Source: Octopus sinensis (lineage: Eukaryota). Taken from it: DNA of 64,000 nt. Below, one piece after another: positions 26,682 to 38,300 of this stretch (position 1 is the first letter of the stretch; each line of letters starts with the position of its first letter). The notes under the pieces are model-generated. The model was not told where the DNA came from. It saw only the letters and a list, made by a program, of their open reading frames with translations, and ran no database searches. Location: NCBI RefSeq assembly GCF_006345805.1, contig NC_043001.1, positions 3,844,001 to 3,908,000 on the forward strand. The letters run 5' to 3'. The position numbers were made by a program, and so were the translations under genes.

Positions 26682-27297
26682 CCAACTATGAAAATATAAG
26701 CTGAGGAACAATTGAAAAAGAAGGGATGGAGAGTATAATTACAGCTATCCATCCATCCACCCATCCACCCATCTGACCATCCATCCGTCCATCCATTCAT
26801 TCCATCTTCCCCACCCGCTTCAATGACCTTCATAGAATTCAATTGGCAACAAGCGTCATTAGACCTTTCGGATTCGCAAGCAGGACCAGATAAGACTCTG
26901 GCTATTATCCAACTTCATCATTCTTCGTCTTCCTCAAGATCTTCTGCCCTTTGACTCGGCTCGAAGACTTTCTCTTGTGATTCTTTCCTGTGACATTCTA
27001 ATTACATGTCCCTAATTCCGCAGTTACGACCTCTCAATACGGTAAAGTAGCAGCCTCCGAGCTATGGAGCCCCGTCGAATAACGTTACTCCAGAGATATT
27101 TCGGACGAACCCCGTTTCATTCGCTTGCATCCGCTGTTGTGCTTTTTTGCCCATTACACAAACATTCATGATGATAGTCACGGAACAAAATAAATTTTAT
27201 TTTCTTTGCAGCAGCAGTTGGCGCATTTCCCTCAACCTGATCAATCTGGTAGGTATCTAAATGATCAGTAGCGAATTTTTTGCGCACTTTCAGAATA

Positions 27298-27298
<1 letters not shown>

Positions 27299-27343
<45 letters not shown>

Positions 27344-27432
27344 TATTATTATTATTATCATTTTTCAGGTCACTGCTTGGAATCGAACTCGGAATCTTGG
27401 GATTAGAACCACTACGCCATACGCCCGTGGGC
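27299..27432 (-). mobile_element. Family-D short tRNA-like element followed by a (TAA)n tract; this copy has an internal deletion
   Basis: Minus strand gcccacgggcgtatggcgtagtggtt...gagttcgattccaagcagtgacctgaa then (TAA)n; homologous to 29811-29892. Confidence 0.7.
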
Positions 27433-27839
27433 CTATGGCTGAGTGGTTCGAAATTACCCCAAAGCAGCTGATAATGGCTGGAAGCTATATCAGCCGAAAT
27501 GTTGTGTATATAAACACACACACACACATATACATATATATATGCATATATATATACATATATATACACATATACATGTACGTATATATATATGTGTGTA
27601 TATATATATATATGTATGAATGTATGTAATTATGCATGTATGTATGCTTTCACAAAGTTTGAGCACGTGCATTTAACTTAGTTTCAGGTGAAAGTGGATA
27701 CGAATGGCCACCATATAGAAAGCTCACACTGATTCTTGTAGGTGTGTTTCAAGCTGCTTTTGAGTATAGATGTCATCTGGTTCCGCAGTACCTTTGATCC
27801 ATCGGAACAGCAAAGATGTGACTGTTTGAGGGTGCAATT

Positions 27840-28227
27840 GGTGGAAGCACTCCGTCGGTTACGACGATGAGAGTTCTCGTTGATCCGAATGAACGGAACA
27901 GCCTGCTCGTGAAATTAACGTGTAAGTGGCTGAGCACTCCACAGACACGTGTACCCTTAACGTAGTTCTCGGGGATATTCAGCGTGACACAGAGAGTGAC
28001 AAGACCGGCCCTTTGAAATACAGGTACAACAGAAACAGGAAGTAAGAGTGAGAGAAAGTTGTGGTGAAAGAGTACAGCAGGGATCACCACCATCCCCTGC
28101 CGGAGCCTCGTGGAGCTTTAGGTGTTTTCGCTCAATAAACACTCACAACGCCCGGTCTGGGAATCGAAACCGCGATCCTACGACCGCGAGTCCGCTGCCC
28201 TAACCACTGGGCCATTGCACCTCCACA
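27840..28227 (-). mobile_element. Family-C SINE, full length, 12-bp TSD
   Basis: Head gtggaggtgcaatggcccagtggttagggcagcggactcgcggtcgtaggatcgcggtttcgattccc; GAGGGTGCAATT at 27828-27839 and 28228-28239. Confidence 0.92.
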
Positions 28228-29248
28228 GAGGGTGCAATTAGTGCTGTGGAATCACGCTTTTCGTATTCATCAGAATGGATTCGTGTAACCCGCAAAGCAA
28301 TCTTGTAGTTAAAGTACATAAGCCACCACGAGTCTCGAGAAACGAACCTACAAGCTCACGGTAATAAACCATACACACAAACTTTATTATAAGAATGTCT
28401 TTCTTTATTCCATACACACAAACTTATTAACCACGCACATTCACACATGCACGTATGAATTCAACAGAGAATATATTATCTTAAATTAATATGGAAGCAA
28501 ATTAAACCATACAAAGGGTTCTCACAGTAATTGTGAGATGGATAAGTGTTTAGCGAGTAATAAGCCATCTTGGTAGAACAAATAAAAGTAAACAAGAGAA
28601 TAGGGTTAGTACTAGCTTACGGATTCCGTGTTCTCTCCTTGAATAACATTTTAGCGTCTGTGATGTTAAGAGGCTGCAACAAACTACACGTTGGCGCTCC
28701 CGATGAAGTGATGGAGAAGAGGAAAAGAAGGAAAAAAGTTTGAAAGGAGAGAGTAGTAAAATGGAGAGGTTCTACTAATCCCATTTCCTTATTTACTTTA
28801 ATGTGGTGTATCGGAAATGTTTATTTCTCACTGGAAATTATTAGCGTTATAGTTGTGAATTATATATAATAACTAATAATTATTCTTTGACCCCCTTTTG
28901 TGAAATATTCTTCAATTAGGTTGTGTTAAAGTGAGTCTTGTGATCAGAAACATTCTCAGACACACAGGCAAACACGTTAGTAGTTACACTGCAATGTGTA
29001 TGTGTAAACGTGTGTTTGTGCGTGTGTTATTTTCCTTTCGTGAGGGGTTATGGGCGGAGGGAAAGAGAGAGAGACAACCAATTTATAAGAGACAAGTGCA
29101 CTCAAGGAGAGAATGGTAGTTTACATTATCATCATAATATGCATGCATACATACATATAAATACATTCACACACACGTATATACATATACATGGATGTAT
29201 ATATACATATGCTTCTCTACAGATGCATACATGTACAGACGCACACAA

Positions 29249-29285
<37 letters not shown>

Positions 29286-29765
29286 GACAGAGGTTCATGC
29301 ATATATGTATGTATCTACTATTGTGACCAAAGCATTCCACTCATTGTCGCAAGAACGTGGCTGCGATTCCCGGAGCGGCAGATGCCTTCTTCAGCAAATC
29401 ACTGTATTCTACGTTACTTAGCTTTAACGTGGCGTTTGATATGTCACATATGGTGCACCTGTACGCAGAATATTAATTGGCTGGAGAGAATAAGTGAGTG
29501 CTCGCTATAAGCATTTAATCCTTATCAAAAACGAAACGATTTTTAAGGTTCGTCAGCAAGACTTTGATAGACACTTTATATATGCATATATGGGCACAGG
29601 CCTTCGCCGACTCTGTAAACACACGAAGTACGAAAACAAATGAGTCAAATAAACAGGACAAGTAACACAAACAACGATATTTCATCAGTTGTCCGCTGCC
29701 TATCTATTCCTCATTTCGAGCATTCAACGACAATATGAGTTGCTCCCATAAATTCCAAAATACTA

Positions 29766-29766
<1 letters not shown>

Positions 29767-29815
<49 letters not shown>

Positions 29816-29892
29816 TTACTGCTTGGAATCGAACTAGGAATCTTGGTGTTAGTAGCCCGCGCTCTTAACCACTATACCATATTCCCGTGGAC
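29767..29892 (-). mobile_element. Family-D short tRNA-like element followed by a (TAA)n tract
   Basis: gtccacgggaatatggtatagtggttaagagcgcgggctactaacaccaagattcctagttcgattccaagcagtaacctgaa(taa)n; A and B boxes present. Confidence 0.7.
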
Positions 29893-30743
29893 ATAGTAAT
29901 AATAAATTCTGGTACAGCGCACCGCTTCTAAGAGTAACGCAAAATAAATATATAACTATAAATATGATGTTTCCTAAAAATTTAAACTAATGCTTCCAGA
30001 GGCGTAGTTTCTTTTTGTTTCTTGACAGGAAAATAACAAACTATAAAGTTTTATTACTTCTTTATTGTTTTATTTTTGTTAGGGTTTTATTATTGTTGTT
30101 GGTGTTATTGAATACCAACGTCATTGCTGATGGGGGATATTCTTTATAAAAGTGATTCCGTCCATGTCTGCCATCCCGTCCTGCTCTTGAAATTACTTCT
30201 GGACACGTTATGTGGCCTTGTTTCTCTCCTTGCAGTAAAACGGTAGAATTTGCTTTGAAATGGATTTGACTGCTAAGTCTAGCAAGTAGGATAATCATGC
30301 AGACGTCGATGCCTTGTATTTGTTGATACCGCTTTTATTTACTCATTAACTATACTTTAGTAAGTAGAGCTATAATCAATACCGTTCTAGAGGTGACCAA
30401 CGCTCCTCCGGTAGGTTGTTTTGCTTTGTTATTTCAAGGAAGTTTAGTGAATATTCAGAACTTTCTGAAATGACTTCAATGACATGTGTTTGTGTTCTCA
30501 TCGTTAATGTCAGCCTTCAATAAATTACAATCAGATCATTCTAGCTGTGATCGTGACGTAGTTTAGGGGTTATTAACACTAAGTGTTTTTCTAAAATTAT
30601 ATTTTAGAACTAAATAATCCAATGTGCTCTTGCCAGTTTTTATATGGACAGTTGCGTTTTTTTTTCTACTTGGCTATTTTTTCTTGGAATTTGATGAATG
30701 ATATTTGAAATTGGAGGATTTTCAATCATACACGTTCAAACAT

Positions 30744-31098
30744 GGTGGCGCTCCGTCGGTTACGACGGAACCGCGGAACAGGCTGCTCGTGAAATTAACT
30801 TGTGACTGATCACTCCACAGACATGTGTACTCTTAACGTAGTTCTCGGGGAAAATCAGCGTGACACGGCGTGTGACAAGATTGGCCTATTGAAATACAGG
30901 TACAACAGAAACAGGAAGAAAGAGTGAAAGTTGTGGTGAAAGAATACAGCATGGTTCACCACCAATTTCTGCCAGAGCCTCGAGGGGCTTTAGGTGTTTT
31001 CGCTCAACAAATACTCACAACCTCCGGTCTGGGAATCGAAACCGCGATCCAACGACCGCGAGTCCACTGCCCTAACCATTGGGCCGTTGCGCCTCCAC
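30744..31098 (-). mobile_element. Family-C SINE (same tail as the 27840 copy)
   Basis: Colinear with 27840-28227. Confidence 0.88.
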
Positions 31099-32022
31099 AC
31101 ACCTCATATATACATACACACATTTATTTAAAATTGTCTTTAAGAGTAAATCTAATAATTTTAACGTGAAATGAGTACTTAATATAATCTTTCTTGCCCC
31201 AATGGTTGCCGATGTCCAAGTCTGGGAACTTCATTTTATTCCGTTTGTCACCTAGCTAAATATAGCAGCCGAATGTGGCCCTCAAATGAGGGACCGTATT
31301 CTAAAACGTTGGAGCGAAGCATTGTATAATATACAAGAAGACGTAGTGGTCGTGATTGGATTACGTTAGATCTTAAAATCTGTTCAATGCATTGCGGCTT
31401 CACTGCTTAATTAAACAACAATACATGCTAAGCACAGATTATCCTCACCAGTCCGCTCATATAATTATGTTTTGTCTCCCTTGACGTTGTTGACAAGAAT
31501 TAGTTATTTAAGGGTGAAAATTAAATTATTCACCACTTTGGTGCGCAGCTGAATATATAGAAGCACCGCATAAATTTACCTGAGGCATACATCGATTTTA
31601 ATCCCACAATTCTTACACTTCTCCCTTGTTCAATAAATTCTTAGCATTTACATATTTTCTATTTCGCCCAAATAATTTAATATCTCAAATAAGAAACCAA
31701 ATCACATGAAACAGGTTGCGCTACCGAACACGTTGTATTACAGCTTTTAAAACTCATCTTCGAGCATCTGATTTAATAATCTTTATATGACATTTTTGTA
31801 CCACCTGCCTCCTTTTGTTTAGAGACTTTCCGTTATTCAATTATGATAAAAGAATGTGTTGTCTTAGAAATTTCATAGATTTCTTAACGCAATTGGTGCG
31901 TTCTATTATTTCTGTAGGTTTTATTACATGACTTTGGATAGCAACAGGCATGCATTAACTATAATCGTTCACTTCCAAGTAGTAGTTTCTTTTGAGAGAT
32001 ACACGGGTCGGTTCAAAAGCCA

Positions 32023-32129
<107 letters not shown>

Positions 32130-32246
32130 TTAGCTATCAATCTATCTATCTATCTATCTGTCAGTTTATCGGTATTTCCCTCTTTCCCTCCCTCTCTCTC
32201 GCTGTGTATATATGGTTATATACATTCGTGGATGTATGTATGTATA

Positions 32247-32285
<39 letters not shown>

Positions 32286-32292
32286 TATTATA

Positions 32293-32330
<38 letters not shown>

Positions 32331-32555
32331 ATATATATATATATATTATGTGAAATAGAAAGATGAATAATCTTGTTGTAGATTAATCAAAAGTTAACCG
32401 ATACCTTAGTAGCAAAAATCACAGCAGTAAACAGCACGGTTGGAGGTACAACCATCTGGCGTTGCAACCGTGCGTTGGTGCGGATATTGAAATTAAAACA
32501 TTATTGGTGAATTGAAGAAATGGAGCTGAACGCAGATTGAACAGAAATCGTTTTA

Positions 32556-32645
32556 TTTCATTCTACACGTGTTTCGAAAGGCACAAATTACCAAAATCCG
32601 ATTGAATAATGGGACCATATTGTGTCTTTCTCTTCAGGAAGAAAA
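32556..32645 (-). ncRNA. Type I minimal hammerhead ribozyme (left-arm copy)
   Basis: Reverse complement of the copy at 33613-33702. Confidence 0.8.
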
Positions 32646-33612
32646 AGGAAATCCGTTAGAGAAACAAAAACAGAACAGAGGCGGAGCAAAAACCAAATCG
32701 AACTATGCTCCTAAGAGCCCATGGCGAAACTGTTTATCAGTGTATGCTGAGAACCGGTGGCTGAAGAATTCTACAGGTCAGGCATCGGTCAATCATGTGG
32801 GTGAGGGTGTATAGATGTTCTTAGTGACCGAGAATAAAGTTCTGACTATTTAAGGATATTGGATGTTTTATAAGGGGCGAGAAAAAATCTACTTAGAGAC
32901 GTGTGTGTGTGTATACTGTTCTATATATGTGTGTGTTGGCGTAGGGTTAGAAAACACTTTTTGTGTACGTGTGTGCGTTTGATCGTTCGGCTGTCAGTGG
33001 CTACTGCCGTGATAACCGTGGGGTGGCAGAAAGAAAAAAAAATATATAATTATGTTTTATGTGTGTGGTGTGTTCATCTGAGCCGGCCTTGTCAAGGAAA
33101 CCCCCCGCTGTGAAAAAACCAAGCCCCGTTTGTCTTACAGGAGTAATTCCCCTTGCAGTGGATAATCGTAGATATCTTAAAGGCTATTTCAGAATTTGTT
33201 ACCAAGGGCTATGGGTGCCGGTATTATTTATAAACGCTATTTAAAAGCCAGATAAGTGTAACGCCGCCAATGGGGGCATCGAAAAGCCGACTGTAAGAGC
33301 CCGTTTACCAGAGGCCGGATGGTAAACATATATAGAACAGTATACACACACACACGTCTCTAAGTAGATTTTTTCTCGCCCCTTATAAAACATCCAATAT
33401 TCCTTAAATAGTCAGAACTTTATTCTCGGTCACTAAGAACATCTATACACCCTCACCCACATGATTGACCGATGCCTGACCTGTAGAATTCTTCAGCCAC
33501 CGGTTCTCAGCATACACTGATAAACAGTTTCGCCATGGGCTCTTAGGAGCATAGTTCGATTTGGTTTTTGCTCCGCCTCTGTTCTGTTTTTGTTTCTCTA
33601 ACGGATTTCCTT

Positions 33613-33702
33613 TTTTCTTCCTGAAGAGAAAGACACAATATGGTCCCATTATTCAATCGGATTTTGGTAATTTGTGCCTTTCGAAACACGTGTAGAATGA
33701 AA
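33613..33702 (+). ncRNA. Type I minimal hammerhead ribozyme
   Basis: CTGAAGA 33621-33627; stem II GAAAGACACAA / TTGTGCCTTTC (10 of 11 pairs); GAAAC 33683-33687; palindromic stem III ACACGTGT; GTA cleavage triplet ending at 33694; stem I ttttcttc / gaatgaaa. Confidence 0.8.
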
Positions 33703-33755
33703 TAAAACGATTTCTGTTCAATCTGCGTTCAGCTCCATTTCTTCAATTCACCAAT

Positions 33756-33801
<46 letters not shown>

Positions 33802-33839
33802 ATATAAACATATATACATACATATACATACATATATGG

Positions 33840-33881
<42 letters not shown>

Positions 33882-33884
<3 letters not shown>

Positions 33885-34175
33885 GGAGGCGCAATGGTCT
33901 AGTGGTTAGGGCAGCGGACTCGCAGTCGTAGGATCGCGGTTTCGATTCCCAGATCGGGCTTTGTTTGTGTTTATTGAGCGAAAACACCTAAAGCTCCACG
34001 AGGCTTCTGCAGTGGGTGGTGATCCCTGCTGTACTTTTTCTCTCTTTCTTCTGTTGGCCTGCTCGCTTAGCCAGCGGGGTGGCGTCGTTCGAAGGCTAAA
34101 ACAATGCGAACGCATTGTGACCAGCGATATGTAGCAACATCTGATGGTCTGGTCGGTCACGTGATCACGTGATAT
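33882..34175 (+). mobile_element. Family-C SINE with a third tail type
   Basis: Family-C head and body, then gttggcctgctcgcttagccagcgggg...tgtagcaacatctgatggtctggtcggtcacgtgatcacgtga. Confidence 0.85.
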
Positions 34176-35195
34176 ATAATATATATATATACATATATTA
34201 ACGCATAGATATAAATATGTATATTATGTATATATACATGCATATATAAATACATACATGTCTTTACACCCATACATATATATATATATGATGTAAGTAC
34301 GCAACTATAGAAATGAATAACTATTTATACACATATATACATGTGTGTGTACTTGCAGATGTGAATAACTGAAAATCATATATGTATAACAACGCGCATA
34401 TACAACACACAGACATAAACGCGAGCGCACAATCAAGCACATTCACTCACACACACACGCACACACACACATACACACACGCACACACACACAAGCAAGT
34501 ATATATAAATAGGTGTATACTGCTGTGAATAGCGATTAAACGAAAAGGTATTCAATACTTTTAAGTAGGGTGAAATGATTATTTATTCAAAGCAAAATCG
34601 TTCTGAGTCGGAACTCAGAGTATTTTCGTTTCCGGTTAACAGGTAGATGAGGACCGGAAACGAGAAATTAAGAATGGCGATGCATCACTCAGACTAAACA
34701 CTGAATTATATATGTGGGTGTAGGCGGAGAGGGGGGTGTATTTATACATGGATATATACACATATATTGATACTACAACCGTACGTATACACATACATAC
34801 ATACACACTTACACACATGCATACAGGCAAACATATATAAATTGTGTTCGTGAATGTATATATCTGTATCTATATTTATAAATATATGCTGTGAAATAGA
34901 GAAAGGTCAAGGGAGAGAGAGAGAGAGAGAGAGAGATGGAGATATATAGATATATAATTTACATTTACACGAATCATGGATCATATATTTCAACAGTAAC
35001 TCTGACTATGTAGACGTAGACATAATTACTGGAATAAGATGGCAACTGAGGTTCATATCGTTTATATCGTTTCACCTACCTATCCACACATGTGTGTGTG
35101 TGTGTGTGTATGTGTGTGTATAGTGAATCAAAACAATAACGCGAGGACGTGGTACAAGTACTGTATTATGAGACGCTCATGAAAGAAAGGAAATA

Positions 35196-35236
35196 CGATT
35201 TAAAGTTTCGAGCCAAGGCTCTTCGTCAGAAACAGC
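35196..35236 (-). ncRNA. Degenerate minimal hammerhead-like motif
   Basis: Minus strand: gttt CTGACGA A GAGC cttg GCTC GAAAC TT T aaa. Core and stem II are intact; the stem III palindrome is broken. Same layout as 11592-11632. Confidence 0.5.
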
Positions 35237-36471
35237 GGAAAGTCCAAAGGAAGGGAAGAAGGGAAGACGGAGGAAGAAAATCTGCAACCATACAAAAGCG
35301 GTTACATTTCTATCATATATATATATATAATAGAAATACATTTCAAAGAGAAAAATAAATTACGCGTGGTAGATATATGGGGGGGGGGAAGCGAAAATGC
35401 ACGCTGGATATAAAAAAAAATTAGAATAAAGCTTTTATCTTTTGTATATCCAGTGTGTATTTTCACTTTTTTCTCCTTAGTTTTCCATTATGTACACACA
35501 CACACACACACGCGCGCACATATATATATATATGTATGTATGTATATATATATATGTGTCTATATTTATATATGTATGTATGTACCTATGTAGCTATAAT
35601 ATGAAATCTATAATTCTATGTAGTATATATACGCATATATGCATATAAATATAGATAGAAAGACACACACACACACACACATATATATAGTACAAGAGAG
35701 AGAGAAAGAGAGAGAGACATCAATACATAGATAGGGAGAGAGTGTGTGTGTGAGAGACAGAGATAGACCGACAGGAAGAAACAGAACTCAAAACAAACAC
35801 ATGAATATGATTGATTTTAAAGTTTACCTGCCAAATATTTTGCACCAAGTGCCACAAGATTGCGGCAAGATTTTCAAATTTATGATCATCTTGTAGCGCC
35901 ATCTGCAGTGCAGTTTATTCACTCAATGAAAGATTCCATTTTGCCTGAATGCTTCGTCATTTACGAAAATAAACGTTGAAGGATGTTTCCGCCTATTTCA
36001 ACTGAATTTCGTTTGGTGCTTAAATTCTCTTCTGATTTATTGTTCGCTGACATCCATTCAAATATTTCGACTGGATCGGCTCTTGTTTGCTCTGAATTCA
36101 ATAACATTTCACAAAACGCTGCACTACTTTACAATTGAATGCTTGGTGACATAATCAGAACGAAAACAACAACGAACACACATATATATATGCACTGACA
36201 CACATCCTCACATGAAATCACACACTCGCACGCATATGCACTCACGCATGCGCACATTCATATTTAGCCTCACATATATAGCATACAGTGCAAGTACAAT
36301 ACCAACTCACTGCAATCTCGAACAATGCATTCTTTTCTCTAACCAAGAAGTCTGCATGTACTCTGAAGCCGCTAGACATAGCAGCCGGATATTAAGTTAT
36401 ACCATTCTATCATAAATATAAGGAATATTGGTTACTGTAATTAGTGATAAACGATACAATTTTTTTCTTTA

Positions 36472-36772
36472 TGCGCCCTTTTCAAGCCTAGCCAGGCTCA
36501 TAGGCCCTGTTTCCCGGTTTCTATGGCGTATGTATTCCCCCCAGCTGGACAGGATGCCACTCCATCGCTGCGTTACTTAAGAAACAGGAAGAAAGAGTGA
36601 GAGAAAGTTGCGGTGAAAGAGAACAACAGGAGTCGCCCCCCCCTGCCGGAGCGTCGTGGAGATTTAGGTGTTTTCTCTCAATAAACACAAACAACGCCCG
36701 GTCTGGGAATCGAAACCGCGATCCTCCAACAGCAAGACCGCTGCCCTAGCCCCTGGGCCATTGCGCCTCCAC
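36472..36772 (-). mobile_element. Family-C SINE with V-domain-like tail
   Basis: Tail gcgatggagtggcatcctgtccagctgggg...agaaaccgggaaacagggcctatgagcc, related to the tail of the 20692 copy. Confidence 0.85.
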
Positions 36773-38049
36773 AAACAATACAATAATAATAAGCCACTCG
36801 TCATAAGCCTGCTTAATTACGGCAAATTAGAGTTTAAAAAGCCGTGTTCTGAGTGATGATTGTCATTTCATCATAGCGATTCAAACTTGTGCTTGAAAAG
36901 AATTAAGAAATATTGACATAAATGTCTTTCTCCGGGATATCGTAATGAATTGTTGCAATAGTCATAAAAAGAAAACTAAGCATTTCTTACCTTTTGACTG
37001 GATAAGAAAAGTATTTTCTAAATCTCGAACGTGATTGGAAAAGGGCGAATTATTTTTAAAAGGAAAGAAATGTAGTAATTTTCATTAGGTAAGTAATATC
37101 TTTATATGGCTCACCCCAAGGGGATTGAGGACAGTCATAACTTGAATGTGTATAGTCGTGGTTCTTAAACATCGTTTGCCTATGAACACTTGTGATTCCT
37201 GTTCTATTCAATGGACATCCATAACCATTCGATATCTATAAGAAGGTACTGTTGCAATTTTATAATTAAAAACTATTAGGAACTTATAAATAATTATTAA
37301 ACTCTTTGCTGTACTCTACAAGTATAAGCAAGTTTCTAGTATATAAATTTCAACAACGAAATCTTACAAGGACATCTCTCTCAAGGCCCTATGGATCCTT
37401 GTGGGGAGCCGCTGGCCTATCGTATCATCAAACTGCTGTGTCGTTGCAACCCACACCTAATCAAAGAGGTTAAAAACATTTGAGCTTCACAATGAAATAA
37501 TGAAGAGATTTATGTTCATTGTGCTTTTCTTGAGAACATCTCAACCTCAGATATTGACAACTGCATAGATTTCATCGGATCATATCTTAGATGAAATTCT
37601 TTCATTCGTATTGCGACATCTGCTCTCAGAAGTTTTAATACCAAGGATCATCATTTGGGGTTTTTTCTGCCATTCTTATACATTAAATGTATGATAGTAT
37701 CGTCCAGTTCTTGATGTTATCAAACTAAAAATTGGATTAAATAACGGCTGTCAAATATAGCTAAATGCAGTTTGAAGTATCATTCTATTCTAGTGATGCG
37801 GATCAGCAAATTTTTCATGCACTCTTTTGATCAAGTGTCATAAGGAATCGAAATTTCAAGTACAATTTGCAATTTTTATTTAAAAAGACAAGCGCCGGCG
37901 CCAGAAGCATGATTATGGAGATACGTAGTTTTGGATACGCATCAAAAATTGTTGTTGTCAGGGTTCTGATGTCTCAGAAATTTCACGTAAGTAAAATTAT
38001 ACAAAGAAGCATATATTTACTGTCGATAAATATAACATGCATCAGGTTA

Positions 38050-38300
38050 TGAAAATAAGCCACGTTACAGATAATGAGGGACTTCGAACAATGTATGTAT
38101 CAAATTTTGATGATGGATCATGAATAACAATAACACGCGTCGTGAAAACTTTCAGCGAAAAAAAGCATGTCAAACGAGTGTAGAGGAACACGATGACACA
38201 GGAGAAGCTGAATAAACTTGATTCCTTTAGTATTGGGAAGGAATTTGCTGCAAGAATTAATTTCATTGGAATAATAAAAGTATTTGTTTTTAAAATCTTC
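38050..38300 (+). mobile_element. hAT transposase C-terminal dimerisation-domain relic
   Basis: Translation KTFSEKKHVKRV*RNTMTQEKLNKLDSFSIGKEFAARINFIGIIKVF resembles ERSFSKLKxIKxxLRSTMxQERLNxLAxLSIE...IDFxxII. Confidence 0.6.

Larger units (their letters stand above)
32494..33764. mobile_element. Long inverted-repeat element (437/439-bp arms, 395-bp spacer) with a hammerhead ribozyme in each arm; Penelope-like pseudo-LTR architecture
   Basis: 32494-32930 is the reverse complement of 33326-33764 except for two 1-nt indels. The repeat is directly seen; the Penelope assignment is inferred from the ribozyme and the inverted arrangement. Confidence 0.75.

Noticed and set aside
29640-29760. Hammerhead-like pieces (GAGCA..TGCTC-GAAAT on the minus strand; a separate CTGATGA)
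   Set aside because: The core elements are not in the right order or spacing and stems I and III are absent.
32569-33649. Duplicate ORFs ...KGNPLEKQKQNRGGAKTKSNYAPKSPW... on both strands
   Set aside because: A by-product of the inverted repeat, antisense to the ribozyme; no recognisable domain, and no GIY-YIG or RT motif found in arm or spacer.
33882-33960. tRNA gene calls for the SINE heads (families A-E)
   Set aside because: The cloverleafs are imperfect and, except in family D, continue into SINE bodies; several copies have TSDs and many diverged copies exist.
34603-34667. Two small hairpins with gatgag..ggaaac wording
   Set aside because: No CTGANGA core; 13-bp stems are expected by chance at this scale.
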